NCBI GenBank assembly: GCA_000708835.1 | Contig: DF237404.1 | Coordinates: forward strand, 11,759-75,758 | Source of the DNA: Klebsormidium nitens | Taxonomy: Eukaryota > Plantae > Klebsormidiophyceae | Direction: 5' to 3' | DNA: 64,000 nucleotides | Part shown: in pieces, positions 24,127 to 36,921 of the stretch | Layout: every line of letters begins with the position of its first letter | How positions within the stretch are numbered: position 1 is the stretch's first letter | Program-made: the position numbers and the translations under genes | Notes under the pieces: generated by a model | What the model was told of the DNA's origin: nothing | What the model saw: the letters and a program-made list of their open reading frames with translations, nothing else | Databases searched by the model: none

Positions 24127-27100
24127 ATGGCTTTGACTGCGGAGGCTGCCGTCAGTGGCAATTTGCAACCATTCACTGCACGCTCTTTCCATAAAGATGG
24201 CGCTCCGGCAGACCATGTTGAAACTTCGCGCTTGCATCCAGGAAGATTGCGTGCAAGAGCAGGATCTCCGCTTCTTTTTAGCATTCAAAAGGTTCCTGCT
24301 GCCCCTCAGATACACTGCTTGCAGAAAAGTGAGTCAGTCAGTGGTTTAGATGGATTCCCCAGCATTTTCTTGGAGCGTTCTCACAGCCGGTGGGCTAAAC
24401 GAAAAGGTAGATGCAGAAGAGTGCGGCAACATGCTGTTGCTAAGTGTGAAAGTGGCGGGTCGCCAGCAAGGTTTGACGTCGCTCCAAAAATGTAAGCTTA
24501 GTTGCACTGCTCAAGTAATCCTGCAACACATAAGGTGTCACAGATGCTATCATGATGTTATACGCAGGGTAGCTTCGACCCAGCAGATCATGAAAATCTG
24601 ATCCTACTCGAGCTATCTTCGACACTCCATGGCGCCTTGCTAAGAAGATCAACGAGAACAGCGAAATCTACAATCTTTTACAAGCAAAAGCACCCTTGAA
24701 ATCCTGCACTGTGTAGGATCAGTCTCTACCCTTTTCAGAACAAGTGTACTTGGGCAGGTGCATGAGACGAAGTCGTCACTTTCTTTTACACAACTACCAC
24801 CACCTGTCACCATTTCAACACCACATCTGACCTCCTTATCTGTTTGTTTCAGGTCCATGATGGACGTCTTTGAGGTGTTGGCGAATCGACTCATCACAAG
24901 CGCAGCCTCAATACCACCAGGCCAGAAGTAAGTGAAGATGCAAAATTGGTGACAATGTGTTTTAGGGGCAATTCCAGGATCCAGTGAGGGACTGATCAAT
25001 GCAATGGCTTGCTGAGCTTTCGTTGTCCATTATGGTGATGGAAATTCAGAATCGAGTGTCTATTTCTGGTGATCTATGAAAACGAAACCAGCGCCACCAT
25101 ACATCCACGTCGTGCGGAATCCTTTAAGAGAGAGTGTAATCCGTTTCAACTTGCTTCTTTGGGCTCAAAAGACTCAAAGGTCCGCCAGGTCGAACTCGGA
25201 AGCGAGTGTCGCACTGCCAACCTGTAACCTCGTTGTAGTAGAATCTAGCTGACTCAGGACTTCATGCAGGTACATGGTTGGGGTCGCTGGTTCTCCTGGC
25301 TCTGGTATGAATTGCTCCTTCTTGCGAGATCCCAATAGTACTTATGCATGCTACGATTCTTTTCTTCAAAGAAGGTTGGAACTTCTTGTGAAGCTGCAAA
25401 CCTTGCTTGTTCAGATTGGTGACAACCATACTTGAAGGCCTTCGTGCCTGTCGTTTGTCATTCTATCAATAGACAAACGTATATCTTGTGATTTTGAATG
25501 GCTGAAATTCTCACACTGACGGTCAATCATTGCACAACCACCTCTGGTACGAGTTCGAACCTCTAGCTTGGTATCTATCGGATATTCTTTATCGTGTGCA
25601 GGGAAGACAACTCTAGCGCTTGGTATCTATCGGATATTCTTTATCGTGTGCAGGGAAGACAACTCTAGCTCGAAGTGTGACCGCACTCATTAACTCGAAG
25701 CAGTCTGATCCCGACTTGGCTGTCAGCGTCCCCATGGATGGCTACCACCTGTACAGAAAGCAACTCGACCAGATGCCGGTGAGTGAACCTTCACCGGGCA
25801 TCGTTCTTAGCTAGATACTGGCCGTTGTGGTCCGGATCATGCAATCTTCAAAAGTGCCTGGTTGATTGGTAGATGCTGTGCCGAACGAAGTGTACAGCGT
25901 CGGAGTCCCAATTGTCATTTAAAAAATCTGCTTCGAGTTCCGACGAGCAGGAAACCGCTGATGTCGAGTCCCGTTTACTTCATTCATGCAGTATGATTGT
26001 TTCCTTGCCAAAGCTGGCTCTTCGAGCTTTACGACGAGCCAAGGGGAACGAGCTCAAAGATTGAACAAAAGACTTTGGGGCGCTCCATGCAGGATCCAAA
26101 AGAGGCGCATGCAAGGCGGGGCTCTCATTGGACTTTTGATCCAGTCGGGTTGCTATCGACATTGAAAACGATTCGAGAGAAGGTACGAACGACCTGTTTA
26201 CTGTGGTGGGGACGGTCTGACGGTTACACTTAATTACGCAAGTTCGTATGAAGTTTCTTGTCCGCTTCTATCAACATTAAGCATGTGAAGCTGTTTGAAC
26301 CGCGAAGTGGTGTATTCACGAACGCACGTGCAGCCGATTGCTGCACGTGAACAAATGCTTGATGGTCGATTGTCCGTTTGACATAGCCAGTTCGTTCGCA
26401 GACGCAGACAAAGACCTCCGGACCTTCCCGATTTGCTGGGTGCCTGTTGAAGTACGATTGAAGCATCTCCCGTCTTCCTCTCTTACATCCACGTGCGGCA
26501 AACAGTATGTTTACGTTCGCAGGGGCGAGCTGCGGTTCCCAGCTTCGACCACGGGGTAGGAGATCCAGTTGACGGGGATATCGAAGTAAAGCCAGAGTAA
26601 GCCAGGAGCTCAAGATAAGCTACTGAGTCAGTAGCTTATCAGTAGCTTATCTTGAGGTGCTTTGTCTTTGTCTGGTTTGCTCATCTGACGTCGTCAGTGC
26701 TTGTTCGAGAACGGTCTAAGGTTCTTTCGACTCCTGCAAAATGTGCTATGACCATGTGTTCGTAATTTTCTGTCTCACGCCTGCTTTAGTTGTTTTGTTG
26801 CTGACAACATCCAATCACGCATCTGTGTACAGGAACCGCATAGTGATAGTCGAGGGCAACTACCTTCTTTTGGATGAGGACCATTGGAAGGACCTTCGAG
26901 ACCTCTTCGACGAGACTTGGTGGGTTGTTCGGATCGCACACATTACGCTCAGCAGAACAGAGGTCTCTCAGGTCAAGAGTCTCCGTGCGTTTAATACACG
27001 GACAACGAAGATGACGATTGCAAATCTGTTATGGGCGACGCAATGCTGGCGAAAGCAGACTTGAGCTGTCTAGGTTGATTCGAAACGGTCGGAACGTGAG

Positions 27101-27997
27101 CTGCAATCTGTGTCCCTTCAAAGTCATTCGCCTCACGGTCGAAGCATTTATGAAGTGCTCAAAAGCTGAAGGCCCTCCGGGAAGTACTCGTCGTTCTTTT
27201 TTTGCATTTTGCTTCTGGCAAGATCTCCGGATGACGTCAAGCTGTCTTCAACAAATTTCGAGATTTGTCGTATGGCCGCTTTTTAGAATGCCTGAGTTGG
27301 TTTCATAGCTTAGATGAAACGCGAAAATAAGCCTCACGTCCCGACTACTGCTAAATGGACAATTATCTTGCTTCCAGGTTCCTCGAAGTTGACATTGACA
27401 TCGCAATGAGGCGAGTTTTAAATAGGCACATCAAGACCGGAAAGCCGCCCGACGTGGCTGCATGGAGGGTGAGCCATAAACCTTGGTCTGATACAACCGG
27501 CTTGATCCACGACGTGTCTGCTCCTCCCTCTGGCATGCCTTTGTCTGATCAAGTTTGATCTTTGCCTGGTCAGGTTTCCATGAAGGGAGTCTGCTTTGGG
27601 ACGGAAAGCTGCAAATGAGCCCAGGGTTTGCAAGCATTGGAAAGATCTGAATATGAAGTTTAAGAAACACAAAACTTACACACTATCGTTGTTGCAAGTG
27701 CTAACTAAGTTGTGGGTTGCTTGTTTGCTTGTTTGCCTCTTCACCAAGCGTCCTCCACACGGTGAGTCCCTGAATTAAACGACGTATGATGGTAGCAGGC
27801 TTTGTAGTGATACCAAATCAGCTTCATTCGGGCCATCAAGACGCCGAAAATGACCAGGTTGGAACGATCATGCAATTTTCTTTCGTATCATGCAGGTTAG
27901 CTACAACGATCGGCCCAATGGGTTGTTGATTGCTGAAACTGCGAGTCGAGCTGATCTGGTGATACCGTCTTTGGATATGGTGATCGGAGAAGGTTGA
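24127..27997 (+). CDS. Uridine kinase/phosphoribulokinase-like P-loop kinase (YFH7/At1g03030-like) with transit peptide, ~9 exons
   Basis: Walker A GSPGS|GKTT is split by an intron. Further peptides: VPMDGYHLYRKQLDQM; DPKEAHARRGSHWTFD; VPSFDHGVGDPV; IVIVEGNYLLL; RHIKTGKPPDVAAWR; VSYNDRPNG...EG* (27896-27997). Confidence 0.92.
25566..25669 (+). repeat. Perfect 52-bp tandem duplication spanning a 3' splice site
   Basis: gcttggtatctatcggatattctttatcgtgtgcagggaagacaactctagc occurs at 25566-25617 and 25618-25669. Confidence 0.92.
26609..26656. repeat. Short inverted repeat (hairpin) with an internally duplicated arm, in a kinase intron
   Basis: ctcaagataagctactga-g-tcagtagcttat-cagtagcttatcttgag. 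Confidence 0.8.
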
Positions 27998-28919
27998 GCC
28001 CCAATGTGTCAGATTTTATATGGCTGCCATTTTTCCACCAACAGTCCGCTGATTGCGCACGCTTGAGTCGTCGTGTTCGCCCCGCGAGTTCGGTTCGGTG
28101 TCGTGGGGGTGTCGTACCCGAAGATGCATTGGTGTATGGCACTAGAAGTCAAAACATCAATCTCAAATTCATGGAAGTGAGAAGCAAAGGAAACTGATCT
28201 GCGAAATTGGCGTATGGTTCCTTGCTCCAGCGAACTTTGATACGACCGCATGTCTCGAGGGGAAGTATAAAAGCCTGTCGTGTATGATTGATCTTGTATA
28301 TGACTTGGGATATAGTGGGACGCTTTCTTCGTTCTTTAAGAGGTGCGCCACCAAGGGCGCGGCCTGAGCTTCACTTTCGACAGGCATGTTTCGTTGAACC
28401 ATGTTTGTGGTCAATCAATGGGAATGATCGTATGCAGAGTGCATGAAAGGCTAATTATCTAGAGCAACGATTTGGCAGGAGATTGTGATCGACATGCTTG
28501 AAGCTCATCTGCATGAGATTCTGAGATCCGTCAGCAACTTCCCAATACCTATGCCGAATAGCATGCCCCGGTTATAAACAAACCCAAAATGCGTGAAATA
28601 TTTTGCGTACAATCTCGGTGAATCACGTGCCGCCATCTGTAATTGACGAAGCCTTCCCACTGCTAAGTCATCAAAATTTTGGGATTGCATGCAGCCTGAG
28701 CCGGCGGGCGCCATGGATGATGCAGGGAGTGCAAAAGCTGCTCAAACCAGGCTGAACAATTTTAATAATACTACTATGTAAGTGAAGGCGGTTTGGTTGC
28801 AGCAACATGCCCGCACAAGCGCTTCCACCCTTCTGCTGCTGGCTCTAGTTGACAGCTGATTCTGTCTCGCTTTGCGCTAAAGCGACTTCCCGGCCGTGGT
28901 TCGTTGTGCAGTTTGCAAG

Positions 28920-31660
28920 ATGGCGCAGTCTTTGGTGCTGATGCAGGGTGTGCAATGCTGCCCGGCGCTGGCGCTTAGCAACCGGACTCAAAGACAGACA
29001 CCTGCCATGAACCGGCTGATGCAAAACCACGGGGTTACTTGTCCTATGCATAGACATGGCAAACTTTCAAGAAAGATGATGTCTGCTGGTTTGAAGAAGT
29101 GGCGCAGTTGCTCTAAGGCCTCTGTGATAGCCGCACCACCAATCAGAGCCAAGTCCAGTGAAAGCAAGGAAGAGTCAGCGTCTATGACCAGGAATGCTGG
29201 CAGCAGCAGATTATCACAAAGAATACTGAGTGCTACTTTGGCAGCTGCGCTAATTTTGTTGCCAGCAGATGGGGGCAACTCAACGAAGGCATATGCATCA
29301 AGCCCTGTGACCCTGGTAAGTAATTCTGGTCTCTCAATTTGTTTCATCACGCCGTTCCTAGGTCCTCAGCTGAAACTGGAAGAGAAGCTTTGCTGCCTAT
29401 CTTTTGCTGCTCTTTTGTGTTGTATTCGAAACCTAGCAGGGTCACCTTTTCAAGCTACCGCCGTGGTGCTCTATAGGTGGCTCATTTGCATTCTATTGGC
29501 ATTGTACAAATAGGATCAGCTATGTGGCTAAGTTTGGAGTCATGAAGTCAAGTACGGGCACCTGAGCTGCTCTACAAGCTATGGGCTTCTCAAGTGGCTG
29601 AGCATTTGCAAGTTTAAGCTGGGGGCAATTCGTCCACTATTGGGAAATTTGAATGGTATCATGGTGATGATTAAATAAATGATGAGAGTTACTGACCTCG
29701 GCGTAACCAGAAAGCCACCATCTTCGATCGATGTAATGTTGCTCTTGACTTGTGGGACTGTTGCTCTTTCTCAGACGGTAAATAGGTAGGTGGCCCAATG
29801 TGAAACAACCGTTCATTGCTGTCGCAGGGCATAGTGGCTGTAACTAGACGAGGAGCATTCAATGAAGATTTCTGGTAAAGGGAAAGGGTGTTCCTCCAGA
29901 ACGGTCTTCCCTTGCATCACTCAGTACACCAGTCGGACTGATTCTTGTTACTACAAGGGTGGAAAGCAAGTGGAGCACCAGACGCAATATTGGAAAAGTG
30001 TGTCTATCTGGCCAATCTCGAAAATTTGAAGGATGAGCATAATCAACGGGGGACCCCATCAGGCAGTCGCAGCAGTGATCAGCGGAGGGCCCCTCAACTG
30101 ATGAACTCCTGCCAGTTGTGATCAACGTTTCAAAGAACGGCTCTCTCTTGCAGCCCCTGGCTGCTGCCGTGACGGAGACGGTCAGCGCAGACTCGGCGGC
30201 AGACCTCTTTGCCCAGCTGAAGGGCTACGATAGCGCAGAACATGAAGCCAAAGCGTCAGGAAAGGTCGCGCCTCCTCTTAAAGCTAGGTAAGTCTGAAGT
30301 TTTCTTTCAATTCGATTGAAAGAAAACTTTCGATCCAAGCAAGTACAGGAAAGAGAAGGGAAGTGAAATCGGCCTGAGCTGAGTATGCAGTGCACGCGCG
30401 GACCAATTTTTTACGCTGAAACACATTTGTGACGTGTTGGCAGCTGGGCGCCTCTACTTCAAGAAAAATAACGAGTCTTGAAAGCAAGAACGACATCGTG
30501 TGCTACTTGTGTGACATTTCGAGACCGGAGTTTTTGTGGTGGTATTGCATTGTCGAAGTGAGGCATCGAACTTCTAAACTTTGATCTTTTCGACTTGTTC
30601 GACATTTATACCCTGAGCCTACAGGCTGGGACGCCTGCTCGACCAAGTCGATTGACCCTGAAACGCTTGACTGCTGATATCGAGTCTCCAGAATCCAGTC
30701 GTACACTCATTGCTTATGTTAACATGTGCGTGTGCTTCGCTGACAGTCGTTTCCAGTCGTCCAGAAACAATATGTGGGGACATCAAGCGACCATCCAGAT
30801 ACTCAATTTTCAACTTTTCTCATATTCGCCCAACCTTCCTTAGCTTGTGGTTACGGATCCAACCTTCTCGGACTCATTGCAGCGGTCAAGACCCCATAAC
30901 GGCGGCCGTCGAGTCTGTCAAAGTCGCTGAAGAATTGGACGTCACTAAACTGCCCGAGGTAAACGGCCCCGCCAAAGTGAATACGGCAAAGGGAACACAA
31001 AATACTGAGACCCCCGCAAGTACATCAAAGCCGGAAGTTGCAGATGGCGCGCAATCCAGCGAGGGGCAAACGAGAGTGGGGGGGCTTTTGGAGCGCTTGA
31101 AAAAGGGGGCAGATGCAGGACGGTCAGGGATCGCGGGATCGTTGGCGGAGTCAAAGCAATTGCTTGGAGCGGGAAGATCTAAAGTCGGGGAGATCGTTGG
31201 GCGCGTAAAAGAGGGCGTTTCGGATAAGATAGGAGGAGGTAAACTTGCTCCAGAGAGTTTGCCGGTGGAATCCAAGGCAGCGCCGGCGGAAGCAAGCGGG
31301 TCACCAGGCGGGTTAAAGGACTGGTTTGGCAGCTGGACTGGCGGCAAACCCAGTGAGAGCAATACGGAATCCAGGGGTTTGTTTTCGGGGGGGTCGCAAA
31401 CAGCGCAGCCCCCCGCGAAACAGGCGAGAGGATTCTTCCAGGCTAAGCCCCCCCCAAAGGAAGAGAAGACGGGGCTAGCGGGGACGTGGCAATCGCTCAC
31501 AAACCTGGATTTCCTTCCGGACAACGTGAAGGGGGGGGCTTTGACGGTGAAGAGTGCGGTCAGCTTCGTACTGACGGTACTGAGTTTGGTACTATCGGTG
31601 TTTGCCAAGGCGCTCGGAGTGGCGGCGGATCTGATCGGGATCATTGCACGGGGACTGTAG
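28920..31660 (+). CDS. Protein of unknown function, probably plastid/thylakoid-targeted, with low-complexity middle and C-terminal TM helix; 3 exons
   Basis: Exon 1 has a transit-like N-terminus and hydrophobic ILSATLAAALILLP...AYA. Exon 2 is ~30154-30286 (PLAAAVTETVS...). Exon 3 is ~30883-31660, ending SAVSFVLTVLSLVLSVFAKALGVAADLIGIIARGL*. Junctions are phase-compatible. Confidence 0.7.
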
Positions 31661-33470
31661 AGACTGCGGTCAAAGAGAACGGTGTAAGATACAAAGAGAT
31701 TCAATAAGGCGCACCTTTTGAGGGTAGACCTCGAAGTCAAACAACGAGTGCTAGCAAAATGCTGGGCTCCTGAACGCATAAGTGACCAGAATATAATGTG
31801 CGAACCTCGTAATTAAATAGTCTATGCCCGCGTCCAAGCCAGTCGTCCAGGGTCATTGTATCATACTTAGGCGCAAACAGGGCTACTGTACGGCTTGCGT
31901 TGTCATCCAAGCTGGGCCAAGGCTACCATTTATACGATTATGACCAGCTCCCTTTCATTTTTGATTGAGTGAGACCAACAAGGTATAGAGGCCGTCGTAC
32001 TTTGCGATGAGATGCAGGTGGGATTGCACTTTACGCTAGCCGCCGGTTATAAGGGCCAATGATCATGTCGGAGGCAGTATATACTGGCCTGCACATGTAG
32101 GTGAAGTCTGAGGTCTCGCCAGGATTCAGCAATTGTCGGCCGCCAGTTTCTAAGGTACTATATAACAGTGTTGTATGCAGGTTGATAAAGACTGCACGGA
32201 TGCGCGCTCATGACTCTATCGCTGTACCTTTACGGGGCCCTTTCAAAAATATGCTATCGCACTGATCGAGGATCCCATGGGCCAGTCGGATAGTGACATT
32301 CATGCACACATGTGCAGCGCATGATACAACAGCTACTCGCTATAGTATCTGACCATCATGTGCAGGATTCGGGTTGTGGCAGCAATTATATACTACATGT
32401 GCACAATGATGCACTATACTACTCAAATCAGCTTAATTCAATGACAGTGATAAGTTTGCATGCATGCACGGTCATGGGCCATCAACATGCAAGCGCTCAT
32501 GCATTGCGCCACTGAAAACCATGCTTCTGTACGAGATATGATCGTCTGTAAGAGTAGGTCAATGCACGGCCGAAGCGTTCAAAATGCAATGTCAGAGCCA
32601 AACGTGACGTGCGATGAAGCACTTGTAGCAGCTAGGGTATAAATTTCCGCGGTATATCAAGAGGCGAGTCCAAACAGGGCACTCATGTATGTACCGAACT
32701 CGAACATTCGCTTTTAAAGCATTTCATCCTCATTTACTTAAGCCTGATCTACTTAGGTTTAAGCAATTATTCTCTAGCTCATATTGTACAGTTGGCTTTC
32801 GAATCTGAGACAGATTCTGAGATCCTGACAGTAACAGCTCTTTTGACATCAGAGTTCCTCAACGGTAAAACATTGCACCACTTGCCATATCAATGCGACC
32901 TTTTAAAGTCAGCTACAACTCATGAACCAGCGCAACGAACTGCACGGGGTTTGGCACTACTCTATCCGGCCATGTATTGCTTGGATTCTGACGCTGCCGA
33001 GGCGCCATCGGATGCTCCACTCGCGCGCGACACTTGTGCTGACGTCGGAAAGGAGCTCGCTGTACCCGTTGCACTGCGATGCACAGAAGAAAACAGAGGT
33101 TCTGCGACAATCCTGGGCGGTACCAGTTGCAATCAAACAGGCCATTTCCGCCCCGTTCCAAGATCTCCTCCTCTGCATGCGTAAAATGCTGATTGAACCT
33201 TTTGCACTAGATGGACCAGCTCCTTGTTCGGCCAAAACATTGAAAATCAAATGAATGTGACTAATGCCCATGCAGAGGCTTCCGCTTAGCAAGCGTATAG
33301 TCTTGGTCGTCTTTCCAGACGGTTCCCAGACTTGCGTGTTTGAAGCGTGTTTTGGAAGAGGAAAACCCCAAGCCGTCAAGGAATTCTTTGGTTTACAACC
33401 TCCTGGCACCTGCAAGAGCCTTCCGCTCCATCGCACGTGCCTCACACGTCCGAGCAGCGTCTTTGAGTCG

Positions 33471-36400
33471 TCACGGAAAGTGCATAGAAGGCGCTCCCGA
33501 CAGCCCGCTATAGCTCAACAAATACGACAAAACAGAGACCAACGACACATTGTGCGAACCCCGCTGCCGCACCCCAAGGACAAAGGAGCTACTACTGCTG
33601 CCGTATCCCAAATATGTTCTGCCCGTTCGATATGCTCGAACCCCAATAAAACCACACAAGAGCCGGAAGCAAAGAGCGGGATCCGGAGCAAAGCACTAAT
33701 TCCGCTGCACAATTCCTCAAGAAGGGCCGCTCGCAACACCATACCCAGTCCGCCCCACCGACTCGGACCTACTGATCACACGAAAGAAAGAGATGAAGAA
33801 GCAGCAAAGCACCGGCTTTTCCTCACCTTTACCGATAAAAACCGCCCCCACGCGCTTCTGGCCCGCCCTTCGACTTCACCTACTGAAGCCGCTCCTACCG
33901 GCCCCCCGCAGAACACAAACCGAAGCACTGATTCTATCTCACCATCCCCAAGAAGAGTCGCTGCCTCCGCCGTTCCCCCGCCCTTCTGGCCCTTCCTTGA
34001 TATCCTGGGACAAGCTTTTACGAAGTCAAACTGATCCAAAAGCAGATATCATAAGTAAAGCATCAATATCACCTCCCCCGAGAAGAGCCACTTCCTCCGC
34101 CATTCCCCCCACTCGTCCTGCCGGCCCCGCACTCAGGCATCTCAAGAACAGAAATAAAGGAAGCAAGGGAGAACAAAGCAGAGCAAAGCACCCGCTTTCT
34201 CTCACCTTCCCCGAGAAGAGCCGCTTCCTCCGCCGTTCCCCCCGCCCGTTCTGCCGGCCCCCGGCTTCTCCATGTTGGTCACCGTGATGTCGACCCCGAG
34301 CGTCGTCTGCAGCGCGTCTAAGTCGCTCGCCAGCCGCGCGGTGCTGATGTCCGGCGGAATCGCCACAATTCCGTCCATCATGAACAGCGTGGTCCCGCCA
34401 AACGGTGCCTAGGTAGAAGCAGCCGAGAACGAACGACATAAGCTACACGGGTTGGGCGAGGGGGTTGACGACAGGGGGCTGTCAACGACGATGCTGTCTG
34501 TTAAGAAAAGCGTCGAGCTGCCGAAGAACGCTAGAAAGGACGAATAAACAACAACGTAAGCGGGAATCGATGACGTCAGCTGTTGAACTTGGCAAAGGAA
34601 ATGACGCCTGCGAGTGCCGATGCCAAGAAGTGTGCCACGACGCTATGCATCAATAAGGGTACCGTGCTGCCGGAACATGCTTCGAAGAGGCGAACAGATT
34701 CAGACAATGACATTAATCAAAGAGAGCGAACTCGGTATCGCCCTTGGCCGAACGGACTTGACTTGGCGTCAGGTAGCGCAGCCTTGAGGATGTTATACTT
34801 GAGACTTGAGGCTGTGAAAGATCAGCAACCAAAAACAGACGCCATGAGTCTTGGCCATATTTGAAGGGCAACCCTTGCGACTGTGTTGTCTTGCCGCCCG
34901 CACGCTAGCTGTGGCACTCCTGGGACTAAAAGCTTGCGGGGACTGTTATTCGGAGGCAAGCCGTTACGGACATTTTGACTTCACATTAACTGTGGGACGG
35001 TTTGGTCGCCTCCCACGAACACGACTGCAGAAAGGAGAAGCATACCTCTTCTGTCCCCGTCTCGAGGCTCTCAATGTTGACGTGCAAAGACGCCAGGTAC
35101 TCAGTCACGTTATACACCAAGCCTGCCAACAAAACAGCAATCTTGTGAGTAAGATCGCTTTCGAGCGGCTTTGAGTTGTTTCAAACAGTCGCTGCGGCAG
35201 TACCCGGTCCTGGCTGGATATTCGTGTCAAGGACGAACGGGCTTGAAGTAGCAGTCCAATCATCAACATCGTAAGCACCATCTGCGACCGCACTTCTAGC
35301 AGCAGAAATTTCATGAATCTGATCCGGGCACAACACGTCCAGGCCGAATCGCATCGGCTCGACTTTTGCGGATTTGCGCACGAGCGGACTTCGAACCGAC
35401 CTCCCGTCTCGAGCCAGAAACCAAGGGTTGATCTGACAAATCTTACAGATCGTTAGCTTTCTAATGTGCAAAACGCCTGCGTTTCGTTGTATAGACACCA
35501 TCCCCATTCAGTCGGCCCCCGAGGACTCACCAGGGTTGTCGGCCCCCCGCAAGGAAATACGGCGGAAGCGTTTCTGCAATTTCTTCAGATACGAGGGGTC
35601 CTCGCTCGTCCACCGGGTGAAGACGTGCAAGCCCTCGATGTCGCTCAAGCTCGACCGGATCTCCTCTGCTCGGCTTGGGACCCTGCAAGAATCAAAAGAG
35701 ATTCGTATTCAAACAACCTGGAAGATCTGGAAAATGGAAACAACGATTCGTTTAGGTTGAGCAATTTAAACAACCAACGACTGGAAGATTTCAAGACGTG
35801 CAGCCGCAAACGAGTGCCCAATCGAACTTGAAAAGGAAGCCGTCCGGTTCAAGCGCCAGGAAACGATGTTTGCCGAAAGCGTCCCATGATTGCAGCACAC
35901 AGCCTACGGCGGAACCACCTGTAGGACATTGAATCCCGAACCCTCTTTCTGCCTAAAGCGGAAGGCATTACGGGCCACGCATCCCGGTTGTCAACATCCA
36001 CACAACTTCGCATCCTTGTTCAGAATCCATCTAATGGTGCGTCCCTTAGAACGCATCGTAGCACAAGATCGCTCTATATTGGCCAGCTAAACACGTTTTC
36101 CGCACGGCCAACTATTACCATCCAAATTGGCCAAGTTGCACCTGTCGTAATGAAGCCAACAAAGTAACCCGGCGAGGCTTGCTGCTTTCGATACTCAACA
36201 AACAAATGCAAAGAATCAAGCTGCTCACGTAGCGTCCACAGTAACTAGCATGAGGATGCTGAAGTCGCCCGCGAGGCGTGCCATTCTGCTCTCCTCCACA
36301 TTCCCCCCCAGCTCCAGCAAGCGCTTGCTCAGCCGCGACACGATGCCCGGCCGGTCGGGGCCCGACGCTGTCATCACCAGCTGACGGACTGCGATACAGA

Positions 36401-36921
36401 CAACGGAAACGGGTTTGCGTTCCACATAACCAGGTGACATCTTATATCTCCTCCTAACAGGACAAGAGTGGACTCTTGGGGGCCTACACGGACCTTGCTT
36501 GGCCACAGCCCTCTTAAGGTCGAAGATAAAAGTTGCCAGCTTGAGATCAACTGGAGCCGCTGATGGGGGAGGTGGTAGCAGGGCTGGTTCCTTTTGATTC
36601 GCTTTACGTCCAATGTTCTCCCTCAAACGGTTCTGACAATCGAAAGGCGGGGGCAGTAAAGACTGCACAGCCAACTGGAAACTGCATGTGCACGCTGAAG
36701 ACAAACCTCAGCGTATGAGTCGAGACAAAGGGGACTGAGTCATCACTGCAGACATATATGCGCACCTTTGTAGTGGTCCTGGAAGTCAGGTGAGGAGACG
36801 CTGCCAGTGGTGTGGAAGGGAGCATACGGCGTGAGCTGGCTGAAGGCGGGGAGCGACGGAGCGTAGTGGGATGCTGAGCTGGGCCATCGGCTCAGGTCAT
36901 CCTCTGAGTAGCCAAACAGAC
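33471..36921 (-). CDS. Tandem ACT-domain protein, GcvR-like (glycine cleavage repressor family); 5' end not resolved
   Basis: ACT1: MTASGPDRPGIVSRLSKRLLELGGNVEESRMARLAGDFSILMLV. ACT2: ISLRGADNP|GLVYNVTEYLASLHVNIESLETGTEE|APFGGTTLFMMDGIVAIP. The likely last exon ends SGLSGAPSMHFP* at 33471. A further phase-compatible upstream exon may lie at ~37960-38200, but no start codon was identified. Confidence 0.8.
33680..34260. repeat. Degenerate ~125-130 bp tandem array derived from an exon 3' end plus donor site
   Basis: The motif ctcacc(t/a)ccccgagaagagccgcttcctccgccgttcccccc recurs at ~34200, ~34070 and ~33940, with weaker agcaaagcac-bearing copies at ~33810 and ~33690. Confidence 0.7.

Noticed and set aside
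30886-31779. 297-aa minus-strand ORF
   Set aside because: Antisense shadow of the + strand terminal exon; no independent motifs.
33264-34034. 256-aa plus-strand ORF
   Set aside because: Runs antisense across the ACT gene's last intron repeat array; low-complexity, no domain.
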